DNA of 64,000 bases from Eledone cirrhosa (GCA_964016885.1 OZ024755.1:27280001-27344000), one strand, 5' to 3'. Shown: positions 26,128-39,858, counted from the first letter of the stretch. The notes: generated by a model not told the origin, from the letters alone. Numbers and translations are program-made.

Positions 26128-26879
26128 GTGTATATACCAATATTAAACTAGTAAGACCATTGTGCAACAGACAAAAGATGTGCCCTCTAATGGCTTGATT
26201 GCATTAGTTTTTTTTATGTCATCGTTATGCACCTTCATATGCTGCGTGTTGTCTCACCTAGTATGGGAGGGATAGTGCTACAATGATTGTTGACAACAAA
26301 AGGACGCATGTATGCAAGAAATGAAGCTGCCACGTAACTATGAGTTCTATTTTTATCTTAAAAGAAAGCATGTGTTGAGTAGGTGAAGATGTGCCAGAAA
26401 GCCATATTAAAGGTAGAACAAGGAAGGAAAAAAGAGAGGTTTCTTCTTCTATAGTTGTTTAGTTTCTTAAAATAAAATGTACATTAAATACCTCTTCACA
26501 CAATGTCAAAAGATGGCTCTACAGAATAAGATTTATAGAGAATGTATCTGTATGTGTGAAGAGAGAAGTTCGAGTTATATTTCTTAGAATGTGAGAATTA
26601 TTGACATAACTAATAAAATGTATATACACGGTAAAGAGGACATTACATACTTCTTTACATGAATGCAATATCCAGAATGATTTTTTTCAAAGATCCAGAA
26701 GTCAATTGAGAAAAATTATTTTTTTCAAAAACTAATTCCACAAAGGGAGATACTTCTAATCAAATTTAGAGCAAAAGTGGGTAAGATGAATTCCTCGTGC
26801 GGTTCAGGAAGCAGGCCAGCATATAGCCAGCCTGCAAATAGTCCCGGCTGGGTTGTGTGTGCATATAGCCAGCCTGCAA

Positions 26880-27105
26880 ATAGTCCCGGTTAGGTTGTGT
26901 GTTGTGTTTCTGAACAAAACACTTCATTTCATGTTGCTCCATTATACTCAGCTGAAAATGAGTACCCAGGTTTAACCCTGCGATGGACTGGTGTTCTGTC
27001 CAGGGGGAGGGGGGAGTCCTGTACTCTCAATCGCTTCATACCATGAAATCTGGATAAGCACCGGCCAAATGAGCCCTCTGGCTTCAGATGGACTTTAGAC
27101 TTAGA
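26880..27105 (+). mobile_element. SINE remnant (V-SINE-like core)
   Basis: CCCTGCGATGGACTGG...GTCCAGGG motif plus similarity to the 1349 SINE core; paralog at about 53920-54145. Confidence 0.5.
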
Positions 27106-27431
27106 TATAATAGAATTAACCCTTTAGCATTTAAATTGGCATATCCAGCCAGAATTCTCTGACCTCTTTCTGTTCAAACTGGCTGTAACTGGCCATTCAT
27201 ACTGATGTTAAGGTATTGTTCTCAAAATAAACAATGTCAAAATATCAGATTCGATATTATGTGAAAATATTCGATATTTACTGTGAAAATACAATAGTAA
27301 TTATAGAGTAATATAAATGCTAAAGGGTTAACATATACATATCTGTAAATTCATGTGTACGCACGCAGTTACAATTTTTTGTTTTGTGGGGGGTGGGGTG
27401 ATCTGTACTGAGATGTGAGTGAATGCGATGA

Positions 27432-27772
27432 GCCCATTTTAATCCCATGAGCACTTTACGAGTTAGATTTCGGTAACTTTCGGTAAAGTTCGCCTGTACG
27501 ACATCGTTGTACTGAGCACTTTCGTAAAGTAGCTCTCGATTGTGTGCGTCGTTGGGGTGATACCCGAAGAGGAAGACAACTTTCGTGAGGAGATTAGGAG
27601 GCAGGTTTGACAGTTGGCCTCCATGTTGGCTTCATGGCCACAGTTTTCTGATCGATACGCTGCCCCATGTGGAGCAAATTGCTTCTCGCTGGGATCATCG
27701 CGTGTGCAGGGACACAACAAGGATGAGCCAGAAGGGAGGTCTGTGTCAACAGATTTTCTCACTTGGAATTGT
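27432..27772 (-). pseudogene. GT31 glycosyltransferase pseudogene fragment
   Basis: Diverged copy of about 32278-32617, lacking both ends of the CDS. Confidence 0.9.
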
Positions 27773-27866
27773 GAAGTTGGGATAGCTACTACTGTTCATT
27801 TACAATCCTTGCCATAATTAATCACTGGAGTATATTCTAAATTCTTTTTGTGGGGTAAATTGTTTC

Positions 27867-28329
27867 GAGTCCTGGTGTTTCTCCAGTGCATGGCGCATAC
27901 AATAGTCCACTATGATGATAAAAAGGTAGGGAGCCAATGTATCTCCCTGGATCACTCCAGCCAGTATCTCAAAGAACTCTGTCATCCCATCAGGTGTAAT
28001 GACTTGGGCTTTGGTGTTGGTGTTGAGCAGTGATATCAGGTCCACTATCCTCTTGGGGATTCCATAAGCCTGTAAGATCTTCATCAGGCAGTGACACAGA
28101 GGAGACTGAGGTTAGCTGGACATGCTCACCGACATCCAGAGTTGACACTGCACTCAGTGCTCCTGTGGGAGACCCTACATGAACACACTGGAAGAGGAAG
28201 ACCAAGGTTAACGTATGTTGATGCCCTAAGGACAGACACTGGTCTGTTGGATAATGACAGCGATAATGAGGGACAGAGTCCGCTGGAGAGAACTCGTCCA
28301 TGGATCTCGATAATTTTCCCCGCCCTAGA
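27867..28329. mobile_element. 5'-inverted, truncated copy of the 48281-51431 RTE family
   Basis: 27867-28092 matches about 49105-49330 in the same orientation; 28090-28329 is the reverse complement of about 48281-48528. Paralog at 54607-55069. Confidence 0.85.
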
Positions 28330-28807
28330 ATTGTTTTGATAGTTTCTCTAACCTACTTAATTTTGTCATTTAATTATTGCTATTACTATTATTATTTTTA
28401 AATTAGATAATTTTATGTATTTCGAGATTACATATACATCTATGATTTGAATAGAAAGGCTTTTTTGTGAGTCTGTGTCCATATATGAGGATTGTGAAGT
28501 TGTGTGGGAGTGACTATGCATGGGTACATACATCTGGGAGAATAAAACCCTTTTTTGGTGTATAATGAATATTTTTTTATATATTGAGAAAAGTAGCAGT
28601 AGTCAAATAGTATCACTTTTTGCTGAAAAATGGCTATTTATAATATGTGAACAAAGTTTCGCTGAGATTTTTTGGTGTGTTTAAAGAGATGAACACGTTG
28701 AGGTAATTGTTCATAAAATGATTGACTTTGATAAGTCCTAATGAGGATGAAACAATTGTATATCAAGATTTGGTGTGAAATTGTATTTGGTAATATATAT
28801 ATATATC

Positions 28808-30250
28808 CATTATCTCGTAGGCTCTTAGAAAACTAGGTGTAGATGAATGGCTTGTGAGAGCTATACAAGCCATGTATAAAGAAACAGTCAGTAAGGTTAG
28901 AATTAACAATGAATATAGTGAAGAATTTAGTGTAAAAGTTGGTGTTCATCAGAGCTCTGTCCTTAGCCCCCTCCTATTTATTATTGCCCTTTAGGCTATA
29001 ACAGAGGAGTTTAAGACTGGCTGCCTATATGCAGATGATCTCACTCTCATAGCTGAATCTATGGCTGAACTAGAGAAGAAATTCCAAACATGGAAGCATG
29101 ACCTAGAATCAAAAGGCCTTAAAGTTAACTTGTCTAAGACTAAAGTTCTAGTTTGTAGAAAGGAAAATAGGGTACAGGTGCCCTCTGGGAAATGGCCATG
29201 CTCAGTGTGTAGGAAAGGAGTAGGGAGAAATTCCATAATTACCCAGATGGTTCTATAGAAATAGTGGACACTTTCTGTTACCTGGGTGACAAAATCAGTA
29301 GTGGTGGAGGGTGTTCTGAAAGTACAGAAGCCAGAGTTAGAACGGGCTCGAAAAAGTTCAGAGAGCTTATACCACTGTTGGCCACAAAAGGTTTCTCTCT
29401 AAAAATGAAAGGCAGATTATATGATGCCTGTATACTAACAGCAATGCTACATGGCAGTGAGACATGGGCATTATATGCAGAGGACCTGCGTAGACTGGAA
29501 TGGAATGAAGCATGCATGCTCCGTTGGATGTGTAATAGTAATATACGTGAACGGCAAAGCATAAATGAACTAAGTGAGAAATTAAGAATAAGAGGGATCA
29601 GATGCTGTTTACTTGAGAGAAGACTGCATTGGTATGGTCACGTGATGAAAGACGACAGCTGTATAAAAAAGTGCAGAGCGATCAAAGTTGATGGAAGTTA
29701 CGGAGTAGGTAGACCCAGAAAAATCTGGGACGATCTGATAAATTCCGACCTTACACACTTGCACCTCTCTAAGAGGATGTCACTGGACCAAGATCTTTGG
29801 CACCACGCAGTAATACAGATGACCCGCCTTACCTATGTACAAAGCAAAAGCTACCGTCAGTAGGCACTTCCTAACCAAATATACACCCCAATTCACTACC
29901 CCTACCCTATCCTCCCACTCCCACTAACACCACCCTCTCTCTGTAAAGTTGGTACCATAACATCCAGTTCAAATAAATGAGATAATGAGATCAAGATTGT
30001 GTAAGTGTCACAACAAAAACACACACAGTCCACGCTGTAATGTGGCCGTGTAGGTAACACGGTAAAAAGTTCCCAGTTCCACACTGTAAATGTGGTTGGT
30101 GTAAGGAAGGGCATCCAGCCGTAGAAAACCTGCCAGATAGTCCTATATGAGCAAGACACGGTCACCCGACCAACCTTGCCTCAAATTGGGACAACTCCCG
30201 TCTAACCCATGCTAGCGTGGAAGATGGACGTTAAACGATGATGATGATGA
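28808..30250 (+). mobile_element. Decayed 5'-truncated RTE LINE
   Basis: YADD region to (GAT)n tail, with stops and an internal deletion. Confidence 0.9.
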
Positions 30251-30404
30251 TATATATATGTATATATATAGAGAGAGAGAGAGTGAGAGAGAGAGAGAAA
30301 GAGAGATATTAGGGATTGTAACGTCAAGTTACTGTTGGTTCATCAAAGTGAGCATTCTATGTGTAGTGTTTAGAATATACTTAGGGGATGCACTAAACAG
30401 AATG

Positions 30405-30800
30405 TAACAATAATAATAATTGTTTCTACATTTGGCACAAGGCCAGCAATTATTCCAGTGCATTACTGTATATAATAATTGTTTCTACTTTTGGCACAAG
30501 GCCAGCAATTATCCCAGTGTATTACTGGTACTTTATTTTATCGACCCCCATAAGGATGAAAGGCAAAGTTAACCTCGGCGGGATTTGAACTCAGTCCGTA
30601 AAGGGACGTAACTGTGCTGCAAAGCATGGCGCCCGACCCTCTACCGATACTGCCAATTCACCGTAACAATAATAATAATTGTTTCTACTTTAGGCAGAAG
30701 GCCAGCAAATACCCAGTGCATTACAAAGTTAACCTCGTAAGGATGAAAGGCAAAGTCAACCTCGGCGGGATTTGAACTCAGATCGTAAAGGGACAATAAT
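30405..30800 (-). mobile_element. Cluster of SINE (second family) copies and fragments
   Basis: Repeated AAGGATGAAAGGCAAAGTTAACCTCGGCGGGATTTGAACTC; paralog at about 57145-57680 has an extra segment. Confidence 0.85.
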
Positions 30801-30948
30801 AATAATAAGTATGGACAAGGTATCAAATTTTCATGAAAGTTTATTCAGGTGTGACGCGTGTTTCATGATTGGTCAGCTCAAGGTTTGATCTTGGGATCAA
30901 GACTACTTTTAACTTAATGACAGAATTAAACTAACAGAAGTCTGATGA

Positions 30949-31022
<74 letters not shown>

Positions 31023-31153
31023 AAGGACTAGCGTCCGAAACGTTAAGACCCTCTTCCTGCTATATCAAGCGTTAACCTAATATATACCTTCCATATACCG
31101 ATTGTGTTGTTATTTCTGTTTACCTTTTACATGCATATATATATATTTATATA

Positions 31154-31484
31154 TATATTATTATAGATAACCAGGAATCAGTGATTCATCAAAACACAAT
31201 TTATTAACATATTACATATGTTTCTACGACGATCAGCTCAAGGCAGGATCTATTATAGATTGAACCTGACTCTGCATTCGCAAGGTCCTCAGATATGTTT
31301 ATCATTTTCAAGGCATTTCTTCCAACTTGAAAACGATAAACATATCTGAGGACCTTGCGAATGCAGAGTCAGGTTCAATCTATAATAGATCCTGCCTTGA
31401 GCTGATCATCGTAGAAACACGTGTAATATGTTAATAAATTGTGTTTTGATGCATCACTTATTCCTGGTTATCTATAATAATATA
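31154..31484. repeat. Long palindrome (159-bp arms, 13-nt loop) with one HHR per strand
   Basis: 31154-31312 vs 31326-31484 are reverse complements with a few mismatches. Confidence 0.95.
31339..31432 (+). ncRNA. Type I hammerhead ribozyme, long stem II (mirror copy 31206-31299 on minus)
   Basis: AACATAT-CTGAGGA-stem II-GAAAC-ACGT-GTA-ATATGTT. Confidence 0.75.
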
Positions 31485-31783
31485 CTCTGCTCTGCATGAG
31501 CATCAAGTGTTCAAACGGTATACTGCCTATGGATGCATTTATTGCAACCTTACAACAACTATAAATATATATATGCACACACACAGATAAATATTTTTTA
31601 TTTTATTTTCCTTTTAGTTTTTCTGTTAAAATAGTTGCACATCCCTGTTCATGCCTATACATCGATTTATATATAAAGATACACACATAGACCTACGCAT
31701 GAATACATATTTGGTTCAATAAAATAAGGGTCTATTAATGCACTGGGATTTATGCTGTCCTTGTGCCAAAATTAGAAATAATA

Positions 31784-32818
31784 TCAATTGCAAACGTTTT
31801 CTAACATTGTCTTCCATACCAAGTAATGTAACTTGGCCGTTACACTTTGGCTTGCAATTTTCTTGTTGGTCGCCAACTCACACAGTGAAGCTATCTTGTC
31901 TGGATGATACCATTTCGATGGAAATGATTGATGTTTGGCGTGAATCACTTCAGCTAGAATTCCTGTGATGTAAACGTCTTCCATTGACACATAAGGAAGA
32001 TATTCTGCCACGTCTAACAACAAACAGGAAGTGTTGAAGAGAAACAGATAGATGTTACCTACAGTGTAGTTTGGGTAATACGAATATGGATATTCATTCC
32101 AGCTAACTCGATATTTTGTGAACCAGCGAAACGGCGCAGCATCTTTGTAGATGTAACCAATAATCGTTCTATCCCAAACGTTTTTAGACAAGATAATGTC
32201 AAACACCATCGGTATATTGACAAAAGTGTCATCATCAACTTTCATGACGAATTTGGCCTGGGGGCAATAGTGACGAGACCATTTTAATCCCATGAGCACT
32301 TTACGAGTTAGATTTCGGTAAGTTTCGGTAAAGTTCGCCTGTACGACATCGTTGCACTGAGCACTTTCGTAAAGTAGCTCTCGATTGTGTGCGTCGTTGG
32401 GGTGATACCCGAAGAGGAAAACAACTTTCGTGAGGAGATTAGGAGGCAGGTTTGACGGTTGGTCTCCATATTGGCTTCGTGGCCACGGTTTTCCGATTGA
32501 TACGCCGCCCCACGTGGAACGGATTGCGTCTCGCTGGGATCGTCGCGTGTGCAGGGACGCAACGAGGATGAGCAAGAAGGGAGGACTGTGTTGACAGATT
32601 TTCTCACCTGGAATTGTGTAGGTGAAGTCAAGCGGGTTGATACGTTGCCTGCTCTCACGGTAATGGCGGTATGTATCTTCGATTGACTCCAGGAATCCAT
32701 TGGTAGGATAATTGCGATTGTTGCTCTTAAAATAATGAAAGATTATGACGATCGATATGAGTGAACAACAAAGCAACACAACTTTGAGACATTTTGCCTT
32801 CAAAACGCCACCAAGCAT
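31784..32818 (-). CDS. GT31 family beta-1,3-galactosyltransferase-like type II membrane protein, copy 1 (344 aa from ATG 32818)
   Basis: Signal anchor VVLLCCSLISIVIIF; RDAIRSTWG, ETYRNLTRK, FVMKVDDDTFVN, YPNY, EDVYITG. Polypyrimidine tract and AG acceptor just above 32865, so an upstream exon may exist. Confidence 0.92.
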   Translation of the reverse strand: MLGGVLKAKCLKVVLLCCSLISIVIIFHYFKSNNRNYPTNGFLESIEDTYRHYRESRQRINPLDFTYTIPGEKICQHSPPFLLILVASLHTRRSQRDAIRSTWGGVSIGKPWPRSQYGDQPSNLPPNLLTKVVFLFGYHPNDAHNRELLYESAQCNDVVQANFTETYRNLTRKVLMGLKWSRHYCPQAKFVMKVDDDTFVNIPMVFDIILSKNVWDRTIIGYIYKDAAPFRWFTKYRVSWNEYPYSYYPNYTVGNIYLFLFNTSCLLLDVAEYLPYVSMEDVYITGILAEVIHAKHQSFPSKWYHPDKIASLCELATNKKIASQSVTAKLHYLVWKTMLENVCN

Positions 32819-33360
32819 TGGGAGAGAAGTAGAAACTGGAAGCCATGTTCTAGAAAGTAGTTTGCCTAAAGGGAAAAAGAAAAGAAAGTAAAAAGAAAAT
32901 ATCAAAAACGGTTCTATACTTTTATTTCTGTATTTAGATATTAAAATCTGAATATTATAGAAATCGGTAAGATTATATAAAACAGCCAATAAAGCTAACT
33001 ACATCGAAATAATGGCATATGTACTGGGATTTGTTAAACGCATTCAAGGCAATCTTATTGTCTTTTAGTCATTACTATATATTTTACAATACATTTATAC
33101 GTATATATTTTTCTTTTGATCAATCATGAAAGGACGAACGTTAAAGTCGACCTCTGTGAGGTTTAACCTTAGAATATAAAAGATCACAACTAAATACCAC
33201 AAGGCAAAAGCTGACCTCTCAAGGGCAATGACACAACCATGACGTCTGGCGTCACTCAGTAATACAGAAGACCCGACGTCCACAGGAACAAGCCAAAGCT
33301 GAAGCAAATAGACAATATGCCCCCCCCCCCCCATACATTTATATACATATATATATATAT

Positions 33361-33699
33361 GGAGGCACATGGCTTAGTGGTTAGAGCATTGGCCTTGCAA
33401 TCAAAAGGTTGTGAGTTCAATTCTCAGACCGGGTGATGTGTTGTTTCCTTGAGCAAGACACTTTATTTCACATTGCTCCAGTTTACTCAGCTGTAGAAAT
33501 GAGATGATAGGGACTGGGGTCCCTATCATTCCACTGCTAAGTGGTCGTGGAGGTGCCACGGAAAAAAAGTACCCAGCACTCACTGTAAATGAGGTTGGTG
33601 TTAGGAAGGGCATCCAGCTGTAGAAACCAAGCCAGAATCAGTTCCCGTCCCACCCTTGCAAGCAGGGAAAAGCGGACGTAAAATGATGATGATGATGAT
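33361..33699 (+). mobile_element. tRNA-derived SINE with RTE-type tail
   Basis: Near-identical to 1349-1693; absent from the paralogous site at about 60240. Confidence 0.88.
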
Positions 33700-33814
33700 A
33701 TACATACATTTATATACATACATATATATACATACATACACATACATATATATACATACATACATATATATATATACATACATATAGATACATATATATA
33801 CAAACATATATACA

Positions 33815-34065
33815 TCATCATCATCATCCTCGTTTAACGTCCACTTTCCACGCTAGCATGGGTTAGACGGGAGTTGTCCCACTTGAGGCAAGGTTGGTCG
33901 AATGACCGTGTCTTGCTCATATAGGACTGCCTGGCAGGTTTTCTACGGCTGGATGCCCTTCCTAACACCAACCACATTTACAGTGTGGAACTGGGAACTT
34001 TTTACCGTGTTACCTACATGGCCACATTACAGCGTGGACTGTGTGTGTTTTTCTTGTGACACCTA
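33815..34065 (-). mobile_element. RTE 3' UTR fragment
   Basis: Reverse complement of about 30000-30250; paralog at 60355-60605. Confidence 0.85.
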
Positions 34066-34182
34066 CATATATATATATATAAATAAATATATACATATAT
34101 ATATACATATATATATATATACATATATAGATATATACAAATATATATATACATATATACATATATACATATATATATATAC

Positions 34183-34213
<31 letters not shown>

Positions 34214-34244
34214 CATATATATATATACATATATACATATATAC

Positions 34245-34275
<31 letters not shown>

Positions 34276-34322
34276 CATATATACATATATATATATATAC
34301 ATATATATATATACATATATAC

Positions 34323-34373
<51 letters not shown>

Positions 34374-34380
34374 CATATAT

Positions 34381-35727
34381 ATAACTTTGAATAACTTTGA
34401 AATGTTTTGGCCAGTATTGGCCCAGGCCATGTCTAACTTAATAGCACCACCTGGCGAAGTCTTTCAATTCAGGATTTGGGCACCATGGCCCATTCGAGAA
34501 GAGAATTACTGTTTGCGGAGACATATCCGGGTGTGGGTGGTTTGTCCGGGATTACTTGGAGGAATTTGTCCAAAGACTTCTTGAATTTTGTGTGGTCAGT
34601 TTCTGTTTTGACGTGTCCTGGTGTGATGTTGAAGAGAGCAGGGCCGATTGAGGTGAAATAATTGTGCCGTATTGTTGTTATGAGTTGCGATTTAGATTTT
34701 TGAATGGGACGGATAGCACGGGGCCCAAGCCTTGGGTGTATCTTGAAGGCGATGCCAACATCATTTGGGCAGTGATGATGGAACATTTTCCACATCATGC
34801 AGATAATATAACGCTCACGGCGACGTTGGAGTGAGTAAAGTTTCAGGTTTTCCAATCGACCCCAGTAGTCAAGGTCTGACATGCCATCTATCTTTTTCGT
34901 GATTGCCCTTTGAGGAGCTTCAAGTTTCATGATACTTTGTTTCGTGTGGGGAGACCACAGTGGACAACAGTATTCAAGGTGTGGTCGGGCGAAAGTAGAG
35001 AAGAGAAGGATAATGGTGCGGGAATCTCTCGACTGGAAGGTTCTGAGGATCCAGGAACACATTCTGCGGGCCATGTCAACTTTGCTGCTTATATGCGTGG
35101 TCCAGCTTATGTTGCTGTCCACGGTTACTCCCAAGTCTCTGATGTTGTTAGATGCCACGAGAGTTTCCCCGGAGGGAAGGGAGTACGGGAGTTTCAGAGC
35201 ATCCTCTTTTCCAAAGTGGATCAGTTCGAATTTGTCTTCGTTCAGTAACATGTTGTTCTTTTCTGCCCATTGGGTAACAGCCAGTAGGTCTGACTGAAGG
35301 CTTATCCGGTCATCCACGCCATTGATGACCTTTTGGAGCTTGGAATCATCAGCGAAAATTTTAATGTTGCTGTGTTTGATGATGTCAGTGATGTCATTAA
35401 TATAGATGATGAAGAGAAGTGGGCCCAACACAGTGCCTTGTGGGACTCCACTACTGACTTTGGCTGGGCTTGATTTGACTCCCTCAACTACAACATGTTG
35501 GGTTCTGTTTGACAGGAAGCTCTTGATCCACTGCAGCAGCTTTCCAGTGACACCAATATTGGACAGCTTTCTCAGTAGAATGTTATGATCAACCCTGTCA
35601 AAGGCCTTGCTGAAATCAAGGTAGATAACATCAGTGTTGGAACCCTCTCCCAAGGCTCTCAAAATGTCATCAAAGTGATGCAGTAGTTGCGTCAGGCAAT
35701 CCCTTCCATTACGGAATCCATGCTGGA
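34381..35727 (-). mobile_element. 5'-truncated CR1-like LINE, intact RT C-terminal frame
   Basis: [33 protein letters not shown]; stop at 34469; short tandem-repeat tail (TTCAAAGTTA). Absent from copy B. Confidence 0.93.
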
Positions 35728-36346
35728 CATATATACATATATATATATACATATATATATATACATATATACATATATATATATATATACATATATACAT
35801 ATATATATATACATATATACATATATATATATATACATATATACATATATATATATATACATATATACATATATATATATATACATATATACATATATAT
35901 ATATACATATATATATATACATATATACATATATATATACATATATACATATACATATATATATATACATATATATACATATATACATATATATATATAT
36001 ATACATATATACATATACATATATATATATACATATATACATATATACATATATATATATACATATATACATATACATATATATATATACATATATACAT
36101 ATATATATATACATATATATATATACATATATATATATACACATATATACATATACATATATATATATACATATACATATATACATATTTATATATACAT
36201 ATATATATACATATATATATATATACATATACATATATACATATACATATATATATATATACATATACATATATACATATATATATATACATATATATAT
36301 ACATATATATATATATACATATACATATATATATATACATATATAC

Positions 36347-36383
<37 letters not shown>

Positions 36384-36500
36384 CATATATACATATATAT
36401 ATATATATACATATATATATACACATATATACACATATATATACACATATATATATACACATATATATATATACACATATATATATACATATATATATAC

Positions 36501-36569
<69 letters not shown>

Positions 36570-36606
36570 CATATATACATATATATATATATACATATAT
36601 ACATAC

Positions 36607-36653
<47 letters not shown>

Positions 36654-36668
36654 CATACATATATATAT

Positions 36669-36719
<51 letters not shown>

Positions 36720-36760
36720 CATATATATATATATACATATATATACATATATATATATAC

Positions 36761-36792
<32 letters not shown>

Positions 36793-36794
36793 GC

Positions 36795-36857
<63 letters not shown>

Positions 36858-36861
36858 CATA
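35728..36861. repeat. 1.1-kb (TA)n/CATA compound microsatellite
   Basis: Seen directly. Confidence 0.95.
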
Positions 36862-37478
36862 TTTATAATTTTCTTATTTTAAGTCTCTTATATCATTGTT
36901 CTGCAACGCCATGCATTGAACCACAATGTTATTAAGACAAAACCTATATATTTGCTAGCATTGATATGCATTTGTATGTATATATATGTTACTAGATATG
37001 AATTCTTTATTACTATCTCCAAATCTTTTGTCGAGCAATACTGGCCATGACTGCTGCTACGGTAGTAGGCTGGCCGCTGTCTTATTAACAACCCACTTTC
37101 CACCGATTGACCTCGATGTCACGTGTTCAATTCTTTTTGAATTTGCCACGGAACAGAGGCAGTGATTTTCTCAATGGCTAGGAATTAAGTCCACGCTTTG
37201 CTATTTCCTATTCACTGATTTATTTTGTAATAAGCTTCCAGTGTCCTCGCTTTGCCTGGAAACTTATATGAGAATTGACTTTCCTGATGACGGGATGTTT
37301 CTCAACACCTTCTTCGGAAGATGTATCTACTCCATTCCAGAAACTAATTAGTTGGAAGTGATATTTTAGTAAGTAAGTTAATTTTATAATTTTCTTATTT
37401 TACGTCTCTTATATATATATATACATATATATATAAGAGACGTAAAATAAGAAAATTATAAAATTAACTTACTTACTA
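36862..37478 (+). mobile_element. 521-bp terminally redundant non-coding element with HHR and inverted 3' tail
   Basis: Direct repeat 36862-36893 / 37383-37414; inverted repeat 37367-37478; HHR 37278-37359. Confidence 0.8.
37278..37359 (+). ncRNA. Type I hammerhead ribozyme
   Basis: ACTTTC-CTGATGA-c-GGGATG...CTTC-ttcg-GAAG...CATTCC-a-GAAAC-TAATTA-GTT-GGAAGT. Confidence 0.85.
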
Positions 37479-38335
<857 letters not shown>

Positions 38336-38596
38336 GGTGGCTGCCAACTCGTTTTCGAGTAAGGCCACTACTCCATGTAGGAGAACCCCTACCGATATGC
38401 TGAACGAGTGTGACTTTTTAGTCCAGCCAGCGACTTGAAAACTCTGGTACAAACACTATACTTGTGACAATTATTGACACTTAGTGCTGGGCCCATGGTA
38501 TCATGTGACGACAAGTGCAGAGAGATCTCCAGATATAAAGCAATGCCTGTGCCGTGAAGCTTTTATAGTGAGCAAAGGCACTGCACAAAGCCAGTC
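38336..38596 (+). repeat. Unclassified repeat, possibly a LINE 5' UTR
   Basis: Same start GGTGGCTGCC(A/G)ACTCGTTTTCGAGT at 38336, 38875 and 63397. Confidence 0.5.
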
Positions 38597-38906
38597 ACAC
38601 ACATATATATACATACATATGTACACACACATATACATACATATGTACACACATACATATACATACACATGTACACACATATATACATATATATGTACAC
38701 ATATATACATATATATGTACACATATATACACATCTATGTACACACACATATACATACATATGTACACATACATATACATACACATGTACACATATATAT
38801 GTACACACATATACATATACATATATATGTACACACATATATATATACATATACATGTACACATATATATATATGGTGGCTGCCGACTCGTTTTCGAGTT
38901 GTATAT

Positions 38907-38961
<55 letters not shown>

Positions 38962-39004
38962 TACATATATATATATATACATATACATATATACATATAC
39001 ATAT

Positions 39005-39621
39005 CATCATCATCATCATCATCACCGTTTTACGTCCGTTCTTCCACGCTAGCATGGGTTAGACGGGTTGTCCTGTTGTGGGCAGTGTCTGGTCGGCTGA
39101 CCATGCCTTGCTCATACAGGAACTGATCTGGCTTGATTTCTACAGCTGGATGCCCTTCCTAACACCAACCTCATTTACAGTGAGTGCTGGGTGCTTTTTC
39201 GTGGCGCCTACACGTCCACTTTACAGTGTGGGCTGGGTGCTTTTTTGCCGTGGCACCTCCACGACCACCTTGCGGTGGGGGGGGGGGGGGGGGGCATATT
39301 GTTTATATGCTTCAGCATGTACCCATGGGAGGTCGGGTACCCTGTATTACTGCGTGACGCCAGAAGTCACGGTCGTGTGTCATTGACTTTGAGAGGTGTA
39401 GTTGGGTAAGGTCGGCTTTTATCACCTCATCCCAAGTCATCTTGGGTCTCCCCACTCCGCGGTTTCCATCAACTTCTAGTGCTCTGCACCTTTTTATGCA
39501 GCTGTCATCCTTCATACGCATCACATGTCCATACCAGCGTAACCGCCTCTCCTGCACGCAGCATTTGATTCCTCTTATGCTCAGTCTCTCTCTCAATTCA
39601 TTTATGCTTTGTCGTTCACGT
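39005..39621 (-). mobile_element. RTE LINE 3' end fragment
   Basis: [13 protein letters not shown]...GRPKMTW, then UTR and (GAT)n tail. Confidence 0.88.
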
Positions 39622-39679
39622 ATATATATATATATATATATATATACATACATATACATATATACATATACATACATAC

Positions 39680-39776
<97 letters not shown>

Positions 39777-39777
39777 C

Positions 39778-39858
<81 letters not shown>

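Noticed and set aside
30941-31045. Single hammerhead split by a (TA)n expansion (CTGATGA...TGAAGGACTAGCGTCCGAAACGTT)
   Set aside because: The right half looks like a truncated PLE-type HHR, but the sequence left of CTGATGA does not pair as stem I, so the join is probably coincidental.
32308-32700. 130-aa overlapping ORF (also 59197-59589, 27463-27762, 54173-54502)
   Set aside because: Alternate frame of the glycosyltransferase or its pseudogene; no independent support.
32866-32989. N-terminal extension of the 401-aa glycosyltransferase ORF (also 59755-59878)
   Set aside because: Non-ATG start, and it runs through a polypyrimidine tract and AG acceptor, so it is probably intron.
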